This document shows positions 41,401-49,663 of a stretch of 64,000 nucleotides of DNA, piece after piece. A model generated the notes under the pieces. The model made no database searches. It was given only the letters and a program-made list of their open reading frames with translations, and was not told the origin of the DNA. The stretch spans positions 80,520 through 144,519 of the forward strand of contig JAFRHI010000023.1 in the NCBI GenBank assembly GCA_017433415.1, written 5' to 3'. Both the position numbers and the translations under genes were made by a program. Position 1 is the stretch's first letter; every line of letters starts with the position of its first letter. Source of the DNA: Bacilli bacterium. Lineage in GTDB: Bacteria > Bacillota_I > Bacilli_A > RF39 > UBA660.

Positions 41401-43164
41401 GATTATTATCATATTATGGATAGTATATCAAATTTAGCAGTTGATGCTGAGGCTATTAAGGAAATAACTTCTAGTTTTCCAGCAGGATATCAAGAGTATG
41501 TGCAATTGAAAGATACACTTGTTAATGAAGGATTTAATCTTGACACAGATAAGGAAGTATTTGGACAAGTATATTGTAAAAATGAAGATGGTTCGTATTC
41601 TTTAGCTATAAATACCCAGGATTATCCTAAATCGACACAATTGATACGAGCTATTATGGAAATATATCCAGATTCTCCAATTATATCACCAATTAAAGCA
41701 CATCAATTATTTGGAGGATTTGAGTTAAAATATGATCCTGATTTTAGAGAGTTTTTACTTGCAAATGTAGATAAAATATTAGAAAATCCAGAATATACTA
41801 CTTATGTTTCAAGTGTTCAAAGACATTTTTCTGAAATTAAAGCAATAAATAGTAATAGATTGCTTACTTGGGATTTAGCAGTTAGTTATGTTCAAACCAA
41901 TAAATTTACATCTGTAAATACTGGGAATGAAAAGGTTGCTGAAATATCTGCTATTGCAGGATATAGTCAAGCTGATTTTGATACATTACAAAGAATATAT
42001 AACTATGGTAAACAAAGAGTTTTTAGTAGTATTCCTAGAATTGAAAATACTAGTGAAAAGAAAAGTGGCAATTATAGTTATGAAATATTAAGATTAGACG
42101 ATCCACTTGCTATGGCAATAGGTACTTTAACAGATTGTTGTCAAGAATTAAATAATTGTGCTGAAGTTTGTATGGAACATAGTATGGTTGATAAAAATGG
42201 ACGAGTTTTTGTAATTAAAGATGAAATGGGCAATATAGTTGCTCAAAGTTGGGTATGGAGAAATAAAGATGTATTATGTTTTGATAATATAGAAATACCA
42301 GATAAAGCATTTTCAAGGGTAGTTAGATTGTATCCAGACTTAGGTAGAAAAGGTTTTACTGATGATGTTTTTGAAATATATAAACAAGCAGCCCATGAAT
42401 TAATTGAAGAAGACGAAAAAGTTTATAGAGAACTTTTTGAAAGTGGTAAAATTACACAAGAACAGTATGATGGATTGAGACTTGGAAAAGTAACTGTTGG
42501 TTTAGGGTATAATGATATTGCGGTATCATTAAAACAGCATTCCAAAGTAGATACTGGGTATGTTTCTAGGCCTGTACCTTTTAGTGAACCAGTAAAATTA
42601 TCTAGAGGACTTTATACTAATGATTCTACTACGCAGTATGTTTTAGAGGAAAGAGAAGATAGAAAAGAATTTGATGGTGAAAGCATTAATGTACATAGTG
42701 ATCAGTATATTAAATATGATGATTCAACATTTACGGAAAAAGATTTACTTTCATTAGAAAAATTAGAACTTGTAACTAAAGAAGATCCAATGTTTTTAGA
42801 AACAGCAGTTCAAGATGATGTTAATAAAGAACATTTAGTTACAGCTTTAGCAAGAAACTATCGTTTAAATCCAGATACAACAAAAATTATAAAGCATCCT
42901 AATTTTGCCATAATATATGATGTTAATGATGATGTAGTAAAAATAGCAGATTTATTCTTTAATACTAAAGTTGATAATGAGAGTCAACAAATGGATATTG
43001 AGGATAAAGTATTAATACAGATAAAATTAGCTTTAGAACAGATTGCTAAAAACAAAAAAATTGATATTTCAGATTTGAATAGTAAGCAGAAAGCAATGTA
43101 TGAAAAAGCTATAAGTTTATCAGATGAATTAGATACAGAAAGGGGATTAAATAATGCAAGATAA
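38500..43164 (+). CDS. Giant (1554 aa) cytoplasmic protein of unknown function with a recurring 'P-E/N-x-F...AP-E/D-x-L...FY' motif and a C-terminal Cys/His cluster
   Basis: One uninterrupted 4.6-kb ORF in AT-rich DNA. It has its own -10 TGTATAAT (38473-38480). No TM or signal peptide. The start is GTG 38500 or ATG 38512. Confidence 0.75.
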   Translation: MDTKMTLEEFRKIKSEFLQLYHDVEEYYNDDSRDRTKDDEVSDKFLEDVELLQQKLLSRDLSDIPFEEWEGLYFISDGKLDFSKTHANIDFSLLREVEFETIDLSGCNVRGLQALDYEMDTFSPEFMKKHPEAFPDESLPLEIKEKFFANKITFSDLFQYPTLKKCISEKSFKYANPGTKFFVDAIGYENAIKFFEEYPEFAVTITDNANHIYWKYLTLGDNSYDSVKQRIFNNIIDSIKTYSTILPDLDIIPVEMIEMFPNIFVQEGELPEDVINNYYAGNLSIRDFRIYKDVLKNKDLEFATRSYESFSIRHINKLFGSIWDYIDKVPMELDYIVNSYLIRHKTDEETINKISEMQLSEIISEMLSEILSRSGSFEFKDLDSLDVFSQYLPIEKMGLSENEVAFIEKIGLKNLIDFNHNHDEILDVFGDYSGTEFWRELAANFDVINDDITINNEEELLDVFRQIIHKMRASYSLNVQKLFSENRKDLVKLFPDEFIDYDLLYEILSARGFSVENIGEFAKVLDKSINGNFNNFESILNTYPYLIPVLEDKTIIFPKGMAQTEDLYQKIGSRKFLEVCSKYGLWFSTVFDSLSSVDSQEKLIELIKNGNYEEQINQYIYELISAGKRYNIINLPQSFKDKYPELFISPDAPEELQNFFYDGLDSMRIFLTPEIVPYLMNVDLSRSMRSEYVTVVNANNNEGSMRMNLYEALGKIFSQEEILELLSKYGMYIVPIDFCLDLAKSKEEVYNALVESIYLMIKDGYANYNDTTLPKEFMERYPNLFLDENAPDALKKAFYWINYHKLTFGLLSENKDEWLSFLKDKDIKSVLVRDANVKEECAKYFSLFGDEKALKLAIGNQRRAETVTEMINSHQVDLMKSWYDKTGGKFIPDFVVMQNFRLEEADKFLAAGSNWSRLMRIESFAKSAEARDAMLKLAYSFGAFDQDQRGFKKVQDLLTDLPRKISADYYHIMDSISNLAVDAEAIKEITSSFPAGYQEYVQLKDTLVNEGFNLDTDKEVFGQVYCKNEDGSYSLAINTQDYPKSTQLIRAIMEIYPDSPIISPIKAHQLFGGFELKYDPDFREFLLANVDKILENPEYTTYVSSVQRHFSEIKAINSNRLLTWDLAVSYVQTNKFTSVNTGNEKVAEISAIAGYSQADFDTLQRIYNYGKQRVFSSIPRIENTSEKKSGNYSYEILRLDDPLAMAIGTLTDCCQELNNCAEVCMEHSMVDKNGRVFVIKDEMGNIVAQSWVWRNKDVLCFDNIEIPDKAFSRVVRLYPDLGRKGFTDDVFEIYKQAAHELIEEDEKVYRELFESGKITQEQYDGLRLGKVTVGLGYNDIAVSLKQHSKVDTGYVSRPVPFSEPVKLSRGLYTNDSTTQYVLEEREDRKEFDGESINVHSDQYIKYDDSTFTEKDLLSLEKLELVTKEDPMFLETAVQDDVNKEHLVTALARNYRLNPDTTKIIKHPNFAIIYDVNDDVVKIADLFFNTKVDNESQQMDIEDKVLIQIKLALEQIAKNKKIDISDLNSKQKAMYEKAISLSDELDTERGLNNAR

Positions 43165-44161
43165 TATTAATCAAATTATTTCAAATGCTTTATATGTTGA
43201 AAAAGATAACTTAGCTAAAAACGTAAAAGATATTGTTAAACAAATTTATAAAGTACTTGTTGATAATAAAGATGTTATAGAAGATACAAATAAAATTGAT
43301 AAAAAAAATGATAATGGTTTTATAATTGATTTTAATATTATTGAGAATATAATTTCTAATATAGAAAAAGAAAAAGTTTTCTATGGAGATGTTACCCTTT
43401 CAGAAAAAGATGATATTAAAAAAATTATCTATGGTAAGCAAATAATGGATTATGGTAATGTAGTTGTTATCAGTGATGGTAATCCTTATATTACTATTGA
43501 AATGATTATTAGAAATATAATGGCTGGTAATACTACAATATTATCTAATAGTGGTTATATGTATGGTACTAATCAATTACTAGTCCAATTAATACAATCT
43601 GTATTAGAACAATTTAATATTTCTAAATATTTAGTACAAATATATTTATCAGAAGAATTTGATGATATTTTAGCTAATTTTGCAAATATTGACTTAGTTG
43701 TTTGTGTAGGAGATCATGATTTACAGAGATTAGTATTAAATAAATCTAAAAATGAAACTATTGTTAGTGGATATGAAAATTTTGATTTATACATAGAAGA
43801 TTTAAAATATATTGATTTTTTAAATAAAATTTTAGACTTAGGTGTTAATATTCAACTTTATTTAAATAGTAATTTAGGTGTAGATGTTGATGAAGCAATT
43901 ATTGTTGATTCTATAGATGAGGCAGTGGCTCAGATAAACTATAATGGTAATCGTTATAGTAGTGCAATATTTACAAATTCGAGTGAAAATGCTTCAAAGT
44001 TTATTAGAGAAGTTAAGTCAAAACAAGTTACTGTTAATACAAGTCCTACTATTGAAAGAATATTTGATATAAAACAAAGTTATTTAGTAGTTGAAAAAAC
44101 AATTATTTATCCACTAGAATTAAAATTTGATGGAGAAGGAACTAAAATAGATTTAAATTAA
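43154..44161 (+). CDS. Degenerate gamma-glutamyl phosphate reductase (ProA)/ALDH-fold-like protein
   Basis: Colinear with ProA segments: 'GNVVVISDGNPYITIEMIIRNIMAGNTTIL' matches the 'GVVGMIYEARPNVTVDA...KTGNAVVL' region, and 'YSSAIFTNSSENASKFIREVKSKQVTVNTSPT' matches 'HSEAILTE...F...VDAAAVYHNASTRF'. It is about 80 aa shorter than ProA, and the catalytic-Cys segment is not recognisable. Its ATG overlaps the giant ORF's last codons (SD AGGGGA). Confidence 0.55.
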   Translation: MQDNINQIISNALYVEKDNLAKNVKDIVKQIYKVLVDNKDVIEDTNKIDKKNDNGFIIDFNIIENIISNIEKEKVFYGDVTLSEKDDIKKIIYGKQIMDYGNVVVISDGNPYITIEMIIRNIMAGNTTILSNSGYMYGTNQLLVQLIQSVLEQFNISKYLVQIYLSEEFDDILANFANIDLVVCVGDHDLQRLVLNKSKNETIVSGYENFDLYIEDLKYIDFLNKILDLGVNIQLYLNSNLGVDVDEAIIVDSIDEAVAQINYNGNRYSSAIFTNSSENASKFIREVKSKQVTVNTSPTIERIFDIKQSYLVVEKTIIYPLELKFDGEGTKIDLN

Positions 44162-44176
44162 AAGAACTTATAAAAA

Positions 44177-44533
44177 TTAAGTTCTTTTTGTTATACCAAA
44201 CATACTACCTAGAGTAGATGTTGCGATTATAATTAAATAATAAATTATATTTTTTAATTCGAATTTAGAAAATATTAAAGTTAATACTAGTAGTAATATA
44301 GTTATTAATAGACCAAATCTTAATCCTGTTAGATATCTTTTTTTCTTAGATTCTCTACCTAATAAGAGACTATTTATTAAAATAGGGAAAATTACTATTA
44401 ATAGTTTAAAGAAATTATAAGTATTAATGTTTATAAGATCAAAATAAAAAGGAATGGTTATTAAAAATAATAATATTAATATTGATAAAGTAGTAAATAA
44501 TAAGTATTTAAGATATTTTTTTATAGTAGTCAC
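44177..44533 (-). CDS. Hypothetical small membrane protein (4 TM)
   Basis: 118 aa, highly hydrophobic. It is convergent with the upstream operon and shares the hairpin AAGAACTTA-TAAAAA-TTAAGTTCTT at 44162-44188. Confidence 0.5.
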   Translation of the reverse strand: MTTIKKYLKYLLFTTLSILILLFLITIPFYFDLININTYNFFKLLIVIFPILINSLLLGRESKKKRYLTGLRFGLLITILLLVLTLIFSKFELKNIIYYLIIIATSTLGSMFGITKRT

Positions 44534-44599
44534 CTCTAATTAAAAATATGTAATGTATAAATATTTATGACATTAATCATTATATTATTAGGTGATATT

Positions 44600-45244
44600 A
44601 TGAAATACTTAATAGTTTTATTTAGAAGTGTTTTCTTTTATTTTTTAATTACTATTTTATATAGATTAATGGGTAAAAGAGAAATAGGTGAATTATCAAT
44701 AATGGATTTTATTGTATCTATTTTTATTGCGGAAATGGTGGCTATATCAATAGAGAATTATAAATCTAGTATGTTAATGTCTGTTATACCAGTAATTTCT
44801 TTAACTGCTTTACAAATTGGTTTTTCGTATTTATCAGTTAAAAGTAGTAAAATAAGAAAAATAGTAGATGGAGAACCATCAGTTATTATAAATAGAGGTA
44901 AGGTTAATTTTAAAGAAATGTTAAAGCAAAGATATAATTTAGATGATTTATTAATGCAACTTAGAAGTAATGAAGTTAAGTCTATTGAAGAAGTAGATTA
45001 TGCCATATTAGAAACAAGTGGTAAGTTGTCAATATTTAAGAAAAATGATGATGTTTTAAGAAATTATCCATTACCTTTAATACTAGATGGAGTATTAGAT
45101 GAAGAAACTTTACTTCAGATTCATAAATCTAGGACTTGGTTAGATAATGAATTAAGGAAAGAAAATGTATTAATTGAAAATATATTTTATGCTTTTTATA
45201 AAGATAATAAATTATATATAATTGAAAAAGATAAGATAAAATGA
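44600..45244 (+). CDS. DUF421 (YetF/YdfS-like) membrane protein
   Basis: 'YRLMGKREIGELSIMDFIVSIFIAE' plus a C-terminal YetF_N/DUF421 pattern ('IINRGKVNFKEMLKQRYNLDDLLMQLR...ILETSGKLSIF'). The ATG at 44600 follows AGGTGA. Confidence 0.75.
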   Translation: MKYLIVLFRSVFFYFLITILYRLMGKREIGELSIMDFIVSIFIAEMVAISIENYKSSMLMSVIPVISLTALQIGFSYLSVKSSKIRKIVDGEPSVIINRGKVNFKEMLKQRYNLDDLLMQLRSNEVKSIEEVDYAILETSGKLSIFKKNDDVLRNYPLPLILDGVLDEETLLQIHKSRTWLDNELRKENVLIENIFYAFYKDNKLYIIEKDKIK

Positions 45245-45290
45245 CATTTTTTTCATTAAATTAACTATATGATTATAATAGGTGATTTAG

Positions 45291-46445
45291 ATGAAAAAAA
45301 TATTAGTAGTAGTTATTATTATAATAATTTTATTGATTAGTAGTATAAAACCAAAATCTTTAGAAAAGAATGAAGAAACTAGAGCAGTATTTATTAGTTA
45401 TATAGAACTTAATGAATATGTAAAAGCTAATAGTATAGAGGAAAGTAAAAAAAATATTGATAAGATGATTTCTAATATAAAGAAAACAAAGTTTAATACT
45501 ATTATTTTACAAGTAAGATCTTGTAGTGATGCGATATATAATTCTAAATTGTTTCCTTATAGTATGTATGTATCAGGTACTGAGGGAAAATACTTTTATG
45601 ATGTTTTAGATTATTTTATTATGAAATGTCATGAAAAAGATATGAAGTTATATGCTTGGATTAATCCTTATCGAGTTAGAACTAGTGAGGATGTTTCTAC
45701 TATAGCTAAAGATAATCCGGCTTATAAGTATTTAGAGACGGATACTATTTATATTAATAAAGGAATCTATTTTAATCCGGCAAAAAAAGAAGTGGAGAAA
45801 TTAATAGTAGATGGGGTAAAAGAAGTCATTAAATATGATGTAGATGGTGTTCTTTTTGATGATTATTTTTATCCTAGTGATGATATAGATGAAAAAGATT
45901 ATTTAGAATACTTGAAAAGTAATAAATATATTACAAAAGAAGAATATCATTTAAATAATGTTAATGAGATGGTTAAGAAGGTATATAGTGTTTGTCATAA
46001 GAAAAAAATAAAATTTGGAATATCTCCAGAGGGAAATATAGAAAATAATTATAATAAGAATTATGCAGATGTAAAGAGATGGATGAAGAGTGATGGCTAT
46101 ATAGATTTTATAATGCCACAAGTATATTATGGTTTTTATAATAGTACTAAGGATTTTGCGAAAGTAATAAAAGAGTGGGAGAGTTTAGTTACGAATGATA
46201 ATATTGAATTACTGATAGCTTTAGCTTTTTATAAAGTAGGAAGAGAAGATAAATATGCTAAAGAAGGTAGAGATGAATGGATGCTAAGTAATAATATTAT
46301 TATGCGAGAGATAATTTTATCAAGAAATTTAAATCACTATAGAGGATTTGCTTTATTTAGATATGATAATTTGTTTGATATTAATAGTTTTACACCTAAT
46401 AGTATTAATGAAATAGAAAATATGAAAAAAATATTAAATTATTAA
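45291..46445 (+). CDS. Glycoside-hydrolase-like GHL10 (DUF187, YngK-like) protein with signal/anchor
   Basis: 'RAVFISY', 'FNTIILQVR...DAIYNS', 'YAWINPYRV' and 'DGVLFDDYFYP' are typical of the family. Confidence 0.65.
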   Translation: MKKILVVVIIIIILLISSIKPKSLEKNEETRAVFISYIELNEYVKANSIEESKKNIDKMISNIKKTKFNTIILQVRSCSDAIYNSKLFPYSMYVSGTEGKYFYDVLDYFIMKCHEKDMKLYAWINPYRVRTSEDVSTIAKDNPAYKYLETDTIYINKGIYFNPAKKEVEKLIVDGVKEVIKYDVDGVLFDDYFYPSDDIDEKDYLEYLKSNKYITKEEYHLNNVNEMVKKVYSVCHKKKIKFGISPEGNIENNYNKNYADVKRWMKSDGYIDFIMPQVYYGFYNSTKDFAKVIKEWESLVTNDNIELLIALAFYKVGREDKYAKEGRDEWMLSNNIIMREIILSRNLNHYRGFALFRYDNLFDINSFTPNSINEIENMKKILNY

Positions 46446-46480
46446 TTTTATGTTATAATGAAGTAAAGGTAGGGATAAAA

Positions 46481-47008
46481 ATGAATAGTAAAGGATTTAC
46501 ATTAATTGAATTGTTAGCAATGATGGTTGTTTTAGGAATTTTAATGACAGTAGCTGTACCTAATATTACGGGTATACTAAATAATCAAAAAGCTAATTCT
46601 ATTGTAGAAGATGCTGTTAGAATGACAGATAAAGTAAAAACGATAGTGGCAACAGATGAAGGTATTGCTAATCCAGGAGTAAATGATTGTTTGATATTTA
46701 CTTTAGATTATTTAGATATGAGTAAAGAAATAGAAAAAGGACCTAATGGTGGCGATTATGACAGAAAACAATCATTTGTTGTAGTAACAAGAATAGCTAA
46801 TCAATATAAATATTACGCAAGAATTATTGAAGAAGATCATGGTAAGTACTATGGAATTAATCTATCTAGTCTTGATGATATAAATAAGAATGGCAATAGT
46901 TTAGTTACTGATTTACCTAGTTCGGAATTTAACGCTATAAAATATAATAGTATTCCAAATACAATTGTTACTTGTAATAATAAAGATATTCGTGACTACA
47001 CTTATTAG
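46481..47008 (+). CDS. Type IV pilin / pseudopilin-like protein (prepilin-type N-terminal cleavage/methylation domain)
   Basis: 'MNSKG|FTLIELLAMMVVLGILMTVAVP' has the G-1/E+5 prepilin signature. It has its own -10 TGTTATAAT (46451-46459). Confidence 0.8.
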   Translation: MNSKGFTLIELLAMMVVLGILMTVAVPNITGILNNQKANSIVEDAVRMTDKVKTIVATDEGIANPGVNDCLIFTLDYLDMSKEIEKGPNGGDYDRKQSFVVVTRIANQYKYYARIIEEDHGKYYGINLSSLDDINKNGNSLVTDLPSSEFNAIKYNSIPNTIVTCNNKDIRDYTY

Positions 47009-47151
47009 TTGCAACAATAAAGTTATTTGTGGCAAATAAATTGTAAAGTGTAAAGTTGATGTACATTTAAAAAAAATATATTGTCTAAAAAAAAAGTCTA
47101 TGTTAAGATTAATTTGTAAGATAAAGAAAAGAAAGAGAGTGAAAGAAAGAA

Positions 47152-47685
47152 ATGAGAAAATTAAATTCTAAAGGTTTTACATTAATTGAATTACTTGCTG
47201 TTATTACTATTATGGGTATCTTGATGTTAGTTGCAATCCCAGCTGTATCTCGTACAATTGAAAACTCAAGACGTGATACATTTATGGACACTGCTAAATC
47301 ATATGTTAATGCAGTTAAAAATGCTGTAGCATCTGAATCTATTAAGTGCCTTGATAGTGCTGGCGTAAGTCAACCAATAGCCGCATTAGGTACTGGTACA
47401 TATTACTATTACTTTGAAAGTGGTGAAGATAGTGGTACAGATTTGTTGGAGCAAGGTGGAAAATCATCTTGGGGTAGTGCTAAAGTAACAGGATATGTAG
47501 AAATTTCAAAAACTGTTAATTCTGATTCTGCACAATACGATTATAAAATTTCTATGACTGATACAGGAAAGCATGGTATTAAAGATTTAACACCAGAGAA
47601 TGATTTGAATAGAACTTCTGTTTTGACTTCTGGTGCTGATGCTCCTGAAGCGTCAGCAGGTAATGCGTGTTCTTTAGTATATTAG
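47152..47685 (+). CDS. Type IV pilin-like protein, paralogue A
   Basis: 'MRKLNSKG|FTLIELLAVITIMGILMLVAIPAVSR'. It shares the 'EQGGKSSWG' block with the next gene. Confidence 0.8.
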   Translation: MRKLNSKGFTLIELLAVITIMGILMLVAIPAVSRTIENSRRDTFMDTAKSYVNAVKNAVASESIKCLDSAGVSQPIAALGTGTYYYYFESGEDSGTDLLEQGGKSSWGSAKVTGYVEISKTVNSDSAQYDYKISMTDTGKHGIKDLTPENDLNRTSVLTSGADAPEASAGNACSLVY

Positions 47686-47716
47686 TTTGATTTGAGACAT
47701 AATTTTTAATAATTTT

Positions 47717-47741
47717 AAGACTTCGACTTGAAGTCTTTTTT
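47717..47741 (+). terminator. Rho-independent terminator after pilin paralogue A
   Basis: AAGACTTC-GACTT-GAAGTCTT followed by TTTT. Confidence 0.75.
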
Positions 47742-47850
47742 AGCAACTTATAATTAGTAAAGTTAATGTTAAACTGTGAAAAATGTTGTTTTAGATTAGA
47801 AGTTGTGTTAATATTGTTATGTAATTTATATTAAAGTAGGTGTTAAGTGA

Positions 47851-48465
47851 GTGAAAAAAATTAATTATAAAGGTTTTACATTAATTGAGTTACTTGCCGT
47901 TATTACTATTATGGGTATCTTGATGTTGGTTGCTATCCCCGCTGTATCTCGAATTGTTGAAAATGCTCGTTGTGATACGTTTATGAATACTGCCAAAGCA
48001 TATATAAATGCTACTAAAAATGCGGTTGCAGCAAATGAGATATATTGTGGTAGTAGTGGTATATCTGCTAGAGAGGGTAATTATTATTATATTATGTTTG
48101 ATAGTTCTAGTCCTACTGGTAAAGATTTAATTGAACAGGGTGGTAAGTCGTCTTGGGGTAATGCTGATGTTAAAGGTATTATTATTATAAAAAAAACAGT
48201 TGAAGCTGATAGGCAAGATTATCATTATTACATTATAATGGCTGATTCAGCAGGTCATGGTATAGGTGAAGCTAGATCAAGTATTTCTCGTGTCATTGGA
48301 GAAGAAGATTTAGATAGGGATAGTGTGAAAACATTAGATGGTTTAAAAACTTATTATAATAATAATCCACGTCCAACTACTAGTGTTAGGATTGGTTATG
48401 AAAAAGATGATGCTGGTAATGATATTATAATTGGTGGTACTGGCGCAGTTGAGTGTCATCTATAA
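47851..48465 (+). CDS. Type IV pilin-like protein, paralogue B (GTG start)
   Basis: 'MKKINYKG|FTLIELLAVITIMGILMLVAIPAVSR'. Its first ~100 nt after the leader are nearly identical to paralogue A. SD AGGTG lies 8 nt upstream. Confidence 0.8.
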   Translation: MKKINYKGFTLIELLAVITIMGILMLVAIPAVSRIVENARCDTFMNTAKAYINATKNAVAANEIYCGSSGISAREGNYYYIMFDSSSPTGKDLIEQGGKSSWGNADVKGIIIIKKTVEADRQDYHYYIIMADSAGHGIGEARSSISRVIGEEDLDRDSVKTLDGLKTYYNNNPRPTTSVRIGYEKDDAGNDIIIGGTGAVECHL

Positions 48466-48486
48466 GACTTCATTGAAGTCTTTTTC
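48464..48486 (+). terminator. Rho-independent terminator after pilin paralogue B
   Basis: AAGACTTC-ATT-GAAGTCTT followed by TTT. The stem sequence is the same as in the terminator at 47717. Confidence 0.75.
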
Positions 48487-48524
48487 TTTTTGTTTGTTTT
48501 TGATATAATGTTTTTGGTGATGTT

Positions 48525-49403
48525 ATGTTGTATATAGGTAGTCATGTTGGGTTTAGAAAGGATAGTCAGTTGCTTGGTAGTTTGGATGAGGCTTTAGGAT
48601 ATGGAGCTAATACATTTATGTTTTATACTGGAGCTCCTCAGAATACGGCTCGTGGTGATATTGATGATAATCTTACTTTGAAGGCAATTGATAAGATGAA
48701 GGAAAATGATATTGATTTTTCTAAAGTAATAGTTCATGCTCCATATATTATTAATTTATGTAATGAAGAGAAGTTTGATTTTTCGGTTAGTTTTTTAACT
48801 GAAGAAGTTAGACGTGTTCAAAAACTTGGTGTTAAATACTTAGTACTTCATCCTGGTAGTCATGTAGGACTTGGTATTGATAAGGGAATAGAAAATATAA
48901 TTGAAGGATTGAAAATAGTGTTTTCTAATGTAGGTGATGTTGATGTTACAATATTACTTGAGACGATGGCTGGTAAAGGTAGTGAAGTGGGATCTAAATT
49001 AGAAGAGATTAAAAGAATACTTGATGGTGTTAATAATAGTCATTTAGGTGTTTGTATTGATACTTGTCATTTAAACGATAGTGGGTATGATCTTGTAGAC
49101 TTTAATATGTTTTTAGATGAGTTTGATAAAATTATTGGTATTGATAAAATAGGTTGTGTTCATGTTAATGATTCTAAAAATGATAGAGGGTCTCATAAAG
49201 ATAGACACGAAAATATAGGTTTTGGTCATATTGGATTTGATACTTTACTTGGAGTAATTTATAATGAAAGACTTGAGAGTGTTCCTAAAATATTAGAGAC
49301 ACCTTATGTTGATAGAGAATATCCTCCTTATAAATATGAAATTGAAATGATTAGAAGTAAAGAGTTTGATGAAAAATTAATAGATAAAATAAAAAATAGC
49401 TAA
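48525..49403 (+). CDS. nfo: Deoxyribonuclease IV (endonuclease IV)
   Basis: 'IGSHVG', 'GANTFMFYTGAPQNT', 'VHAPYIINL', 'LVLHPGSH', 'LLETMAGKGSE', 'VCIDTCH' and 'HVNDSKN...GSHKDRHENIG'. Confidence 0.9.
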   Translation: MLYIGSHVGFRKDSQLLGSLDEALGYGANTFMFYTGAPQNTARGDIDDNLTLKAIDKMKENDIDFSKVIVHAPYIINLCNEEKFDFSVSFLTEEVRRVQKLGVKYLVLHPGSHVGLGIDKGIENIIEGLKIVFSNVGDVDVTILLETMAGKGSEVGSKLEEIKRILDGVNNSHLGVCIDTCHLNDSGYDLVDFNMFLDEFDKIIGIDKIGCVHVNDSKNDRGSHKDRHENIGFGHIGFDTLLGVIYNERLESVPKILETPYVDREYPPYKYEIEMIRSKEFDEKLIDKIKNS

Positions 49404-49414
49404 GGCTATTTTTT

Positions 49415-49663
49415 TTATAAGTATTTTTGTTTATATTCAATGTATAAATTTAATAGTTTTTTATAAAGATTGGGATTTATTTTATTTTTTATTTGTTCAA
49501 ATACTTTGATATTTTCATTTAATAGTTCATTATAATTATACATGATAAAATTATAAATAATTATTATTTCATCATTAGTATAAGTAATATTATTTTTATT
49601 AGCAAAATCTTTTAGATGATCAATTGTTAATTTATTAATATTATTTTTTATTAATTCTTTGAT
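49415..49663 (-). CDS. Unannotated 82-codon ORF with no canonical start codon (candidate ATC start after GAGGTG); small helical protein of unknown function
   Basis: The minus-strand frame is stop-free from 49732 down to the TAA at 49417-49415, which is improbable by chance in DNA this AT-rich. SD GAGGTG (49674-49669) lies 5 nt before the ATC (49663-49661). The only in-frame ATG is at codon 41. Translation: (I)KELIKNNINKLTIDHLKDFANKNNITYTNDEIIIIYNFIMYNYNELLNENIKVFEQIKNKINPNLYKKLLNLYIEYKQKYL. Confidence 0.45.
   Translation of the reverse strand: MKELIKNNINKLTIDHLKDFANKNNITYTNDEIIIIYNFIMYNYNELLNENIKVFEQIKNKINPNLYKKLLNLYIEYKQKYL

Noticed and set aside
44162-44190. Palindrome AAGAACTTA-TAAAAA-TTAAGTTCTT, considered as a recombination or att-like site
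   Set aside because: It sits exactly between two convergent genes and is flanked by A/T runs. This is fully explained as a bidirectional terminator.
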